NCBI RefSeq assembly: GCF_963676685.1
Contig: NC_092347.1
Location: 90,148,001-90,212,000, forward strand
DNA: 64,000 bases
Direction of reading: 5' to 3'
Origin: Mytilus edulis
Lineage: Eukaryota
How positions within the stretch are numbered: the stretch's first letter is position 1; each line of letters opens with the position of its first letter. Shown one piece after another: positions 38,460 through 50,864 of the stretch. The position numbers were made by a program, and so were the translations under genes. The notes under the pieces were generated by a model that searched no databases, was not told the origin of the DNA, and worked only from the letters and a program-made list of their open reading frames with translations.

Positions 38460-39410
38460 GAATAAAGGCAACAGTAGTATACCGCTGTTCAAAACTCATA
38501 AATCCATGGACAAAAAACAAAATCGGGGTAACAAACCAAAACCGAGCGAAACACATTAAATATAAGAGGAGAACAACGACACAACATCGAAACGCAACAC
38601 ACACAGAAACAGACCAATCATCAGACAAAACACCACGAGAATAACAAATGTAACATGAAAACCAAATACATGAATTTGGGATAGACAAGTACCGTGCCAC
38701 GTCTTATCTCAATATCTCAAAAATAAGAGAAAACACAAACGACTCAACGTTAAAATGCAACACAAAGAGAAACGAACAATATATAACAATGACCATCTTC
38801 CTGACTTGGTACAGGACACTTTTAAAGGGGAATAAAAGTGGTGGGTTGAACCTGGTTTTAAGGCATGCCAAACCTCGCACTTTAATGGCAAAGTTAAATA
38901 TAACATTGAAATGACAACATAATATTACAGGACTACAATACAAATAAATAGGAGAACATATTAGACACAGAAAAACATGATTAATAGATAACAAAAAGCA
39001 TCAGGTTTAAAATTCAATACGCCAAAAACGCGCCTTGCCCACACAAGACTCACCAGTGACGCCCAGATATAAAAGATCGAAAGTGAAAAAAGTACAAAGT
39101 TGTACAGCACTGAAGATCAAAAGTTGAAAAGGTTTCGCAAAATACGGCATTGTTTTTATGCCCGGGATAAGAACATTCTTATTATATAGAACAATTCATG
39201 CTATTGCAAACAGTAAATTTTATCAAATGAATATGAAAGAGATATACACAAAGAAACTAAAGTATTAACTAATTACAGAAAACTAAACCTGAATACATAA
39301 CGCCTATATATAAAAGATCGAACGTGAAAAAGGTACAAAGTTGTACAGCACTGAAGATAAAAAGTTGAAAAGGTTTTGACAAATACGGCATTGTTTTTAT
39401 GCACGGGATA
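38460..39410 (-). mobile_element. PLE-associated terminal cassette with degenerate hammerhead motif
   Basis: Reverse complement of 52490-53224. Ends GAACAGCGGTATACTACTGTTGCCTTTATT. Hammerhead-like GGCGTCACTGGTGAGTCTTGTGTGGGC...GGCGTA at ~39017-39065. Confidence 0.6.
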
Positions 39411-40912
39411 AGATAGAAACGATGGAATGATCGGGCTGATTGAAATGCTGGTGAAGAATGTCGTTAGCATTGAGGTTAATGTCTGATCTATGACCGCACA
39501 TACGTTTGTTTAGCCTTTCTTTCGTTTCACCGACGTATACCAATCCTCAAAGTTTGCACTCTAATCCGTAGACGACATTAATCGATTTACAATTCAGAAC
39601 ATCGTAACTTCTGGTAAAATATAACTTCTTAGTTAAATTGCTAGTGAATTCAGCATCTTGATATAAGAAATGTGTATTTTTTAATACAATTTAAACAAGC
39701 ACTGTAGCTGTGAGAATTGCCCGGCTTAACATTACCTTTACTGTACTGGACCAAAGTTTTAACTTAATCTATAACTTGTCATGGTGTCAATTATATAACA
39801 AATATCAAGTACGACCAAAAAATCTGAGGAAAACTGATTATTTGAGTGAATATTCTAATTCCAATTACCATTGTCTGCAATACATCATTAGACCGGACCA
39901 AAATTCGAAATAAATCCGTAACTGATCTTGATAAAATATATACCAATCATCAAATCAATATCTGTAAGCATGACCAAATGAAATATGGAAAATTCTTGGA
40001 ATAATTGTTTGTGAGTAAGTTTGATCTATACATATCCGCCTCAGTCATATTGTTTGTTCAGCTGTTTGATGTAAATTGCTCATTAATATCAGTATATAAG
40101 GCTCATTTAACCTCAAACATCTTGAGGGTAACTGTTGTAGACTTTTTCATTAGAATTCTAAAATAAAAAAGAAGTACCTTTTTATACAAATTCAATGAAT
40201 TAAACCAGGAAATCTGCAAACAAGATTTTGATTATTTCAGTGTTCAAATCACTAATCAGTTCAATGATGATACAAAATCCCTAAAATTTACGGATTTAAC
40301 AATTCCCTGATTTTACAAATTCACCATAACACGGCAATGTTAAAACTGCAAATGTTGTGCTGATATTTAGAGTACTTATGAATATAATATGTTTTCAGCA
40401 GTTATCACCTTCACTGGTCATCAAATGGATAAATATGTCGTAGAGTTGTCACTTGTTAAGACTTACTTAAATTATTACAGTGACTGCATCTAACGATCCT
40501 TTACGATAAACAATTAAGCTAATCTGCAATCAAATCCATCTTCATGACTTGTATATCATTCAGTGTTACAAGTGTAGATTCTTCTGACAAGGAAAGGCCA
40601 CTGAAAGCTGAATTTTTAGTTCAGTTAAGATGGCCGTGTGGAAATAGCGTGAAGTCGAATCATGGCGAGTGAAGAACAAAAATTTGCAAGACGTAGTTTA
40701 AATGACAATGAGTCAACTGATCACAATAACAGCTATAGGTCGACACAGAGAAGCTATAAAAGGCCCCAAAATAACTAGTGTAAATCAATTCAACGACAAA
40801 ACTAACTGGTGGCGTTTTTCAACTTGTTTGAATGCACTAACCCTCTCTTAACTTGAGATAGTGGTGTAACAGAACAATATAAGAAAATATACAATTTTTA
40901 TTTTATTTTTAG

Positions 40913-41063
40913 GATTTTACGAGTGCTTCAAATTTTTGGAGCATACAACTTTGTCGTATGGATTCAGATCGAGACAATAAAACAAACGGAGAGGAACTAG
41001 GAGATCCTAATTGTGTATGGTTTGAAGGACAAACCCCATCTCACACACCTATGAGCCATCCTG
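40913..41063 (+). CDS. Temptin-like secreted protein B, exon 2
   Basis: Acceptor TTTTATTTTTAG, DFTSASNFWSIQLCRMDSDRDNKTNGEELGDPNCVWFEGQTPSHTPMSHP, donor G|GTAAGC, phase 1. Confidence 0.88.
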
Positions 41064-41214
41064 GTAAGCATACACATGGAAACATAAACGTATCAATAAC
41101 ATACGTAAATGGACTAATAACGATCTTATTTTTGATAATAAATTATTAATGTTTTGCTATTTCATATTATAGAAATATTAATTGCTTAAACACTAATACA
41201 TCGAGTTGATTCAT

Positions 41215-41560
41215 ACGAATGCCGTTTTATATGTGTATGGACGATTTCACAATGAAATCTATGACAAACGGGACGATTTCAACTACCCAATTGATCTATT
41301 TTCAATTTTCAATTTCTCAGCAGTTACATCTGGTATCTTTCGTCCTCTTTTTCATACCCTCTGCCCCATCGTATGGTGTTAACATATCTTAGTTGATACG
41401 TTATTCTCGTGCATGCTCATAATGTACGGAATCCATATACAGGATTGTGCTCATTATGTAGAAACTGCTCCAAAAAATTATAAGGGGGAAAGATTAAAAA
41501 TGACAATCCGTAAATGTCATGAACACCATCACGAATTGATTGATGTAAGCGATGTGTCCG
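41215..41560 (+). mobile_element. PLE RT 3' fragment
   Basis: Encodes YDKRDDFNYP and YGVNISxLIRYSRAC remnants, similar to 51680-51965. Confidence 0.7.
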
Positions 41561-41568
41561 TGTCTTAA

Positions 41569-41966
41569 GGATGTACTTAGGTGAGGTTTTGAATTTGTGT
41601 CAAATGTTCGAACTCCTTGGTGTTTTTCCATACAATACAATGTAAAATATTTTGCCCCATAACACCCATTTATTTTTTCATAGAAAACTTAATAGCTCAC
41701 GAATGGTCATTTACCAAAATTTTAAAAGATTCTTGATTTTCTTTCTTTTGTTTTGAGATCCAAATAATACCAATGTGAACATAAGGTTAAAGTCCGAGTC
41801 AGCCTTTTCCCGCCATATTTTAAACCTCAAATATCTCGAAAAGGAGGTCCATGACCTATCAAATTTTTAGCTTATCTTTATCCTTGATTGATGCTCTACC
41901 AGCTTATAGTATCAATTTTAATTTCTTAATTTCTTAAATTTTACCTAACCTCACTTAAGTACATCC
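41569..41966. mobile_element. TTAA-flanked Kolobok-like MITE
   Basis: ~20-bp TIRs GGATGTACTTAGGTGAGGTT / AACCTCACTTAAGTACATCC, flanked by TTAA and TTAC. Confidence 0.75.
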
Positions 41967-44647
41967 TTACATAACTAAGTATAAATAAAGAAGATGTGGT
42001 ATGATTGCCGGTGAGACAACTCTCCACAAGAGATCAAAGTGACACACAACAACTATTTAGATATGATGTTGTATTATGTGATTCTAATCGTATATAATTA
42101 AATGTCTTATCGTTTGTACATGAACATGTTGTAGTTGTACATTTTTTTATTTTCTATTCTTATGTAAAAAAAAAACTGAAAGATCAATCACCCAGTTCAT
42201 TTATAAGATTTTAGTTGAAATCAACTATATGAACACGATTAATTTTTAAATGAGAAGAAATACCGACATAGCTAGATGAGACAATTATTTATCTTATTTC
42301 TAACATAATTTTATATCAGTATTCTTGAATTTTTTAATTTTTTTTTACATTAAATGACATAGTTACATTTGTCCAAACCTGATCCTGAACTGTGGCAAAT
42401 ATTAAGAAATTTATATGTGACATCACTTTTGTAGCATTGATCTAGTCGTGTGAAAGACAGTTCGTAGTTCTGTTGTGCTGTCCTATGTTGTTTTACGTTT
42501 GGGTTTTTTTCTGTGGTTAGCATGTCGAAAGTACTATTTTTATTGTATATTTGTGTATATCTCTGTCTTGAATGTTCTTGTTATAGTTCGTTTCCCAGTG
42601 ATAATGTTGGCTTTTTTTCAAAACTACCTCTGCCCCTTTTAATTGGGAAAATTTGCGTCATTTTTATCAAATTGGGAAATTTATAATAAACCATGATTAT
42701 GACTGGAACTTCAATTTACAGCCCTTTCCTCAAGAAGTTAACCCTCATTTTAAATAAGACCCCTTTTTGTCAGTGAAGATACTTTTAATAAAAATAGACC
42801 ATCAAATCTGCACATATAGTCATTTTAGGCATGAAGAATGATTAAACGATTGTTTTTCAGTTTGTATTCATGCACAATTACTACTGAGACTGCACTGTTT
42901 GGGAAAAAAGTTGTCTTTTTGGAAAAATTTTAAGCCTATTTTTTTTTCAAATTGGGAATTTTCTCCAGGGGAAAAAGCCATTATTCTCCAGTAATTTGAG
43001 GCAACAATATCACTGTTTCCGTGTATGTTGCATTGTCGTTTGGTTTTTTTTTTTTTTTTTTTTTGTTCACTTTTATAGTTGATGTGTTTCCCTCGGTTTT
43101 AGTTTGTAACCCGGATTTGTTTTTTTTTCTCTACCGATTTATGACTTTAAAACAGCGATATACTACTGTTGCCTCTATTTACATTGATATTCCACAAAGA
43201 TTGTGCTTTCTGTCACCTTTATGTCGTGTCTTATTCGTCATAAAAATCAACTTTGTCTGACGTGTCCATTTCATGGGCATTCAATCTTCAACAGTTACAT
43301 GCGTAAAATAATGTCTAAACAGTCATACCAAATGAAATTACAAATAATGTTATATTCCCCGTTTCAATTCTCAATTCTATAATTCAAAATTTTAAAGATA
43401 TTTTGGTAGAATACAAGTCAAGATTTATCAAGTTTGATTCCTCCGCGACACCCTCACCCTTGACTCTCCTTTTTTTTAGATACACCAAAGGAACAATACT
43501 ATTAATGAAGACCCTTCCAATTGTCATGTGTAGCCCTTTAACGGAGATGATAAATAGTTCATGCGTACACTATTATATCAGAGTATAACATGGCATGTAT
43601 TATCAGCCAAAGCTTCAATATCAAACAAAGAGCAGAAGGCTAGAGAGTGATGATAGCACATCTGATATGAAAATTGACATGTTTTGACCTTTTTATCATA
43701 TGTTTCAACAATGACGAAAACTAACAGTTTAATATAGTGATCTTTTAATGTGGTATTCAATCAGAAGCTCAACACATTTTACCATATACTTCAGCAGAAA
43801 GTATATATACCAAAGCTTTTTTTATAAAACTTTCGAAATATAATTTCCATTACATAATATTTTTTCCTGTTGGCTAATATTTTTTTCTATAGTACTTTGT
43901 TACGCTTTTTACTGCTAACATACCATTAAGGCTTATTTTCCAGAATTTGCCGGTTGACCTCGTTTCAGAATCTACTGAATTCTGATTTGTAGTCTTACAA
44001 GTGTACAACAAAACGTTGTGATTGGTTAACAACGACACAAACAATAAAAATTGAACCAATGACATACCATCGTTTTCATTTTGGTGTAGGAACAACAAGA
44101 TTACCCAAGGTCTTTTATATTCGTAAAAGGCTAGATGCCATTCGATAACGTTACGGAATGGCATGCAATTATAGCCAGAAGCAGTTGATAAAGGTTTTTT
44201 GCTCTAAGTATATGATAAGCATGTGTATCATGCATGATGTTTACATTATGCAAAGTTTCAGTCAAACCTTTTCGGGCGTATTGAATGAAACAAATAAAGA
44301 TAAGTCTGTTGTGTGAACTAATGTATTATGGTTTTTCGTCATCTTAGACGCAAATATTCATAACACATCACTCAAGTTTTCAGCACTCTTTTTGTATCAT
44401 TAAAAAGTACATTATAGGGATAATGATCATAGGTGCCCTTAAAAGAAATACACGAGACGAACGCTATTTTTTTATTGTTGTTTTGCTGATATTGAAACAA
44501 TTTCCAGAAAAAATAAATGATGAACAGATAGTTTTTCAGAATGGCAATAGTGTAACATGCGCTTAATTCCGTGTGATAAATTAATCAGAAGTGTCCATAA
44601 TATTAAATTGTTCATGTGAGCTATCATGTTATTTTCTTATTTTGTAG

Positions 44648-44739
44648 GTATTTGTGAACCGGTTGGCCATCCCGAGTGCCTGAGACAACAAGGTTTTACC
44701 TGCGATCAAATGGAAAACAGCCCTCATCTTAAACCATAA
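44648..44739 (+). CDS. Temptin-like secreted protein B, exon 3 (141 aa total)
   Basis: Acceptor TTATTTTGTAG, (G)ICEPVGHPECLRQQGFTCDQMENSPHLKP-stop, AATAAA at 44790-44795. Confidence 0.85.
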
Positions 44740-45049
44740 CACTTATGTTGTCTACTACAAATTCATCGATGTCTTATTCCTGTTTTTCAAATAAAGATCA
44801 AGAGTCATAATAATATTAAAAAGTTTCCAAAATCCCATCCCTTTTAAACATATTTGAAAATTATCATTATTTTCTTTATAAATGAAAACAGTCTGTTAAA
44901 CATTCCATATTGCAGTCCTAATTATGAAATCGCTCAAATTATAATGGCATATTATTATTCTAAACTGTTTCCCAAAATTGATCGACCTGAAGATCATAAA
45001 AACATTTTATTAAAATCAAGTATGTCAATAAAGGTTTTGATTTTGTAAA

Positions 45050-46820
45050 TATTGTCGGTATTTTTAACGATCATTCTGTTAAAGAACAAATTTTGGGATA
45101 TTTTGATAATTGAGCTCCCTCTTATTTGTTATGTTTACAGGAAATCTACCCGGAAATATTGGTTTATTAATAGCCAAGTGTGTAAAGATGTAACTATCAG
45201 TGACAATACACATACGTCATGTAATTTTGCATTATTTCCAAATACATTTTTAGCCCAATTTCCCATGGAATAACAGGAGATCTTAACGTCGTTCGCGACC
45301 GAGAGTTAAGATCATTCCTCAGTAAATTACTTAAATATAGTCCCCGGTCAATCATTAATTTGATTGAGTGTCGTAATATTATCCATGACTTACTCAGTAC
45401 TTACTGTATGAAATGAACAAAACTAGAAAAAGATGACATGAAATCTTTGGACACTAATGAACATAGTTAATTTACGTATACAACATTTTACTCTAGACAA
45501 GGAATTTGTTTTGTCCCGGTTGATGAAGCTGCTAATGATATCATTAATGTTTGACAAAAAATTAACATTGACGTTCTGCAAAAGGAAACAACGAATTCTT
45601 TAATATTCCAACTGACTCCATATTAAGTAACAAACATTAAATTATTAGATATAGACCGTTGGATTTCCCGTTTGAATGGTTTTACACTAGTAATTTTGGG
45701 GCCCTTTATAGCTTTTTGTTTGGGGTGAGCCAAGGCTCCGTGTTGAAGGCCGTACATTGACCTATAATGGTTTACTTTTATAAATTGTTATTTGGATGGA
45801 GAGTTGTCTCATTGGCACTCATACCACATCTTCCTATATCTATTAACTTTTAGCTACTTCTTTACAAGCAAAACCAAATACAATGAAAGTCCCAACTATG
45901 TACTGGCTTTCGAATCTACACAAAACTTTAACACCTTACAAATATAGATTTATTTCGTCTTCAAGCCAATGTTCCACTACTAACTTATCTATTATATTTA
46001 CTAGTACACTTGGTCCGATCAAAAACCTGATAATAAATTGTTCAAATAAGGCCATTGGAAATAGTGGAATTAATTACTTTTGGAAGTACTTGATAAACTG
46101 CATGCATATATTGGTGATTTTGAATCTGTTCAAAGTTTTGACTTGTCTACCTTATATAACGCTTTGTCTCATATTCTTCCTAAGAAAACATTCACACATC
46201 TAATTAAAAGGCCATTTAAAAAGTTAGAATGCGTATACATATGTTCAAACTCTTTGATGCCAATTGGACATGCTTTAATACTTTATATACACTTGATTTT
46301 TTACTAGATAACATTTTTATTCGCTTTGGAGATTCAATTTAACGTCAAGTTATCGGAATTCTATTGGACACTTATTGCGGACCTGATTTTGTATTGTATT
46401 GAGTTACAATTTATGACTTAAAAAGGCAAAGACCAATCTTATACAAAAATTTAACAATACAGGTAGATATTTGAATGCTATATTGAATCTAAATAATGAC
46501 AAATTCAGTATGTATACCAAAGAAAGTATCTTGTTGAACTAGCTTTAAACAAAGTTAATACCAACAATGACCACCGTCCTTTCCTCGATCTTGATATCTG
46601 TATCATTCACGGGAAGCTTAATGCAAAAATGTATGATAAAAGAGATGATTTTTTATTTCCTATCGTAACTCATCCATTTTTAGATGGTGACGTTCCATTT
46701 TTACAATCTTATGGTGTTTATATATCTCGACTTGTACGATTCGCTCGTGTATGTAACAACGTATTAGATTTTAGAAAGAAATTATGTATAACTGAAAAAA
46801 TATTTCACCTTGACTTTTCA
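45050..46820 (+). mobile_element. Degenerate Penelope-like element RT region (second subfamily)
   Basis: PLICYVY, TGDLNVV, MYWLSNLHK..PYKYRFI, SFDLSTLY, YDKRDDF, YISRLVRFARVC fragments. Interrupted by a SINE-like repeat at 45645-45843. Confidence 0.75.
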
Positions 46821-47704
46821 AATCAAAATAGTTAAAAAGTCAAACCAGTAACAAAGTTGAAGAACATTTTAAATAAGTTGTGCCAAATTCGGCTTAGGTA
46901 GTCTTTTCCTCGGATAAGAAAATCCTTAGTTCGAATCAAAATAGTTATTGGGGACCCAAAATTCCTACTAAGATGTGCCAAATATGGTTTAGATTATCTT
47001 TTTCTACGTTGGCTATAGGTATAGAGGGGGTTGAAATCTCAAAAAACATGTTATACCCCGCAGTATGTTTGCTTAATATGACGTTTATTATGGATGTACA
47101 AGTACCCGGCCACTTCCACTTGTATTTTTGTCCATCTGATGAGTTGAGCCTTTTTCAACTGTTTTTTTTTTTATAGTTCGTTCTTATGTTGTACAGTTAT
47201 ACCACTGTCCCAGGTTAGGGGGGTTGGGATCCCGCTAACATGTTTAACTCCGCCACATTATTTATGTAAGTGCCTGTCCCAAGTCAGGAGCCTGTAATTC
47301 AGTGGTTGCCGTTTGTTTATGTGTTACATATTTGTTTTTCGTTCATTTATTTATACAAATAAACCGTTAGTTTTCTCGTTTGAATTGTTTTACATTGTCA
47401 TAATGGGGGGCTTTTAAAGCTGACTATGCGGTATGCGCTTTGTTCATTGTTGAAGGCCGTACGGTGACCTATAGTTGTTTATGTCTGTGTCATTTTGGTC
47501 TCTTGTGGACAGTTGTCTCATTAGCATTCATATCACATCTTCTATTATATATATATATGGGTTTAGGGGCAGCTAAAGGACGCCTCCGGGTGCAAGAGTT
47601 TCTAGCTACATTGAAGACCCATTGGTGACATGCGGCTGTTGTCTGCTCTTAATAAAATTCATAATAGTCTGCTCTTAATAAAATTTATAATAATCCTGCA
47701 CAGG

Positions 47705-48350
47705 TAAAAAACTAAGGATGTTCTTGTCTCAGGAATAGATTACCTTAGCCGTATTTGGCACAACTATTTTGGAATTTTTGGTCCTCAATGCTCTTTAACT
47801 TTGTATTAGTTTGGCTTTTTAAACTATTTTGACCCGATCGTCACTGATGAGTCTTATGTAGACGAAATGCGCGTCTGACGTATTAAATTATAATCCTGGT
47901 ACCTTTGATAACTATTTACACCACTGGGTCGATGCCACTGCTGGTGAACGTTTCGTCCCCGACGGTATAATCAGCCCAGTAGTCAGCACTTCGGTGTTGA
48001 CAAGAATATCAATTATATGGTCATTTTTATCAATTTCCTGTTATAAAACTTTGATGTTTTTCGAAAAACTAAGACTTTTTCTTATCCCAGGAATAGATTA
48101 CCATAGCCGTATTTGGCACAACTTTTCGAGAAATTTTGGTCCTCAATGCTCTACAACTTTGTTTTTGTTTGGCTTATTAAACTATTTTGATCTGAGCGTC
48201 ACTGATCGAGTCTTGTTTAGTCGAAACGCGCGTCTGGCGTATTAAATTATAATCCTGATACCTTTGATTACTATTTACACCACTGGGTCGATGCCACTGC
48301 TGGTGAACGTTTCGTCCCCGAGGGTATCACCAGCCCAGTAGTCAGCACTT
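47705..48350 (+). mobile_element. Tandem ~359-bp hammerhead-containing repeat (non-LTR retrozyme-like), ~1.8 units
   Basis: Direct repeat with period 359 (TATTAAATTA at 47881 and 48240). Each unit carries a hammerhead core. An inverted fragment of the same unit abuts at ~48365-48420. Confidence 0.75.
47836..47886 (+). ncRNA. Type I minimal hammerhead ribozyme motif
   Basis: CUGAUGA (47844-47850), stem II GUCU/AGAC, GAAA (47864-47867), short stem III and a GUA triplet ending 47882. The second unit at 48202 has an insertion in the CUGAUGA box. Confidence 0.7.
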
Positions 48351-48499
48351 CAAGAATATCAATTAAAAACAGTTATAAAAGCAAAACAAGTACAAAGGTG
48401 AAGAGCATTGAGGAACTAAACTAATAGTTACTTGTAATATATACTACTCAACTGAATAGCAATAGGCGATTACAACTACGATTCTTACTGTCCTCACTT

Positions 48500-48910
48500 G
48501 AAGCCAACATTTTTATAATCTTATCCAAAATATTTCACAAGTGATTCTCATCTCCCAATTCCAAGCAGTGTTATCATCAATGATGAAAGTGGTCACTCTA
48601 ATGCGATCTACCTTAAAGTGACCAGGGGATCTCAGATGTGGTTTTCATTCGCTGTCACAACGGTAACCGTTCAAATGTTTGAGAAAAGACTATTATGCCT
48701 CATCGACATACTGTTTGCCACATGTATACTGTAAGAAATGCACAATTCTCGTTGTTTGGCAAGTAACAATGCAAATCATGCTGTATTTTGTACCAGTGAA
48801 GTGACTGGCGTCTGGGTCTTCAAAAATGTCATGAAATTCAGGCTTTGTCTGAACACTTAGAAGAGCCCACTGACGAAGAGACTGGTTTGGAGGATAAATC
48901 GGCTCCACCA
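48500..48910 (-). mobile_element. Degenerate GIY-YIG endonuclease fragment (Penelope-like)
   Basis: TGTKY..I.TCQTTRIVHFLQYTCGKQYVDE followed, through stops, by HF and R..CEIFWIRL. Confidence 0.5.
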
Positions 48911-50864
48911 GTAAGTCTTTAAGGATATATACGTCGCACGTCTTGATAGTAGTTAACAGTCATTCTAAAAGAGTTGTCAGGACGTTCTGAAAAATTAAAC
49001 TGTACGCAATAGATAAATAACATTTACGTCTAGAAAGTGTACCACACAACCAAAAACAATGTTAATTAAGAAAACAATGAAACAAAAAAAATAAAAAGCG
49101 CAATAAATATTTTGGATGAGAAATATCTCTCCACCATTATAAACAACCTGGAGTAAAATGAAGGCACTAGCTATACTAGTTTTTAAATATATAAAATTCA
49201 GAATGGAAATGGAGAATATGTCAAAGAGACAACAACCTGAACAAAAAGACAACAACCGAAGGTCAATAATGAGTCTTAAACGCAGCGAAAAAATCACGCA
49301 CCCGGAGATGGTCCTCAGCTGGCCTCTACACACTGGACACTTTTAATTTGCAAAACACTCATTTGCAAATCCTAAGACTAAATAAAACTGTGTACTAGTT
49401 CAGTGAAAAAAGACTTCACACTTAACTCAAAAACATATCAATGAACTAAAATTTAAAAAAAACATACAAGACTAACAAAACAAAGAGGCTCCTGACATGG
49501 GACAGGCGCAAAAGAAACACATAGCAATACACACAGTAAAACTCAGTTTAAAAGAAGTCCGATTCTTTCTTTAAATTGTTACTAAATGGTATTATGGGCG
49601 TTCCATTCAATCACCGCATTGCTCTTTTGGTGATTAATCTGGGAAAAGTTAAGTGGCAACACAGCAAGAAAATTTCGAACAATAATTAACGTGTTAAATA
49701 CACAGATGTAACGTAATCGACATCTAACTACGTTTTTACCGAGAAAACGTTGCTAGGAACAGTTTAGAGTTTGCCAAGGATTCCGTGCGATTGCAACGGT
49801 TTTTAATGTGACTTATAGATGTAGCGCAATGCAAATGACAATGTCTTTGCTTAACCACTTTCCAAGTTATTGTCGGGTCATGAATTTATACCTTATATAC
49901 TTCTTTTTCATTGAAGACACGTGTTTTAATGGAAATCTGATTCAAAAGAACTTCTTAATTGAAATTCAAAACTGTCAGACCTCAGGGGATACGTACCATT
50001 CGTAATCAACGGACAAAAATACCACACTCTAATGAAAATTAAAAAACGGAAAGTCCATTATCAAATGTCAAAATTTAAAAGCTTACACGCAGAACATTGC
50101 AATTATTTTACAGTCGATACTCCACCATCTGTATATTTATTTTTGATAGGCAGACATAATTTATTAACTTGTATAAATATCAATAAGTAAATTACATATT
50201 ATTCACTCCGAACGTGACTGACCTTTTTTCTGGCATTGAGTGAACATGTATCATAACAGTTTTTGTCACCATTCAATTTGGCTATTCCCTTTCCTTCGAC
50301 ATCTGCATTGAAAATATTGATGTTCCCTCAACATGTAAAACACCGAAGTTTAGATATCATTCATATGACAATTTCATAATAGGACACCCCACTATCAATT
50401 GCGAATTGAATTAAAAGGCCAAATGACAGTCAAAGCATCATGCCTCTTTGAACAACTAGTCAAACTGATCAGTTTCTTAATTTGTTTTCGTACTAGTTTG
50501 TATTACTCGCAACTGAGCTTTAAGCAAACAATTATAAAAACAAAATGATACTAGGAAAATGAAATAAACACAGTTTTACCACTGGGATACATACAATAGA
50601 TAAACAAATTGCTTTACCACCTTAACTAATGTAAAACTTTATACTGATTGAATTGATATTTATTCGCAGTACACACTATCCTTTCAATTCCTATTATACA
50701 TATTAATGAGAACTTAAACTGTTAGATCTCTACAGACATATTAACTATTAATAAACTCAGTCTGGTAGACTTTCAGGCGCATGGTCCAATATCAAAAGTC
50801 AATTAGGGAAAAAAAATTAAAACGGATTTTACCTGCCATTTCTATACACATGTTTATCAATCAG
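48757..50864. repeat. Left arm of a long inverted duplication
   Basis: Reverse complement of 55762-58153, e.g. TCTGGTAGACTTTCAGG (50761) versus CCTGAAAGTCTACCAGA (55853). The arm resumes at 53225-53246 after the PLE insertion. Confidence 0.85.
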
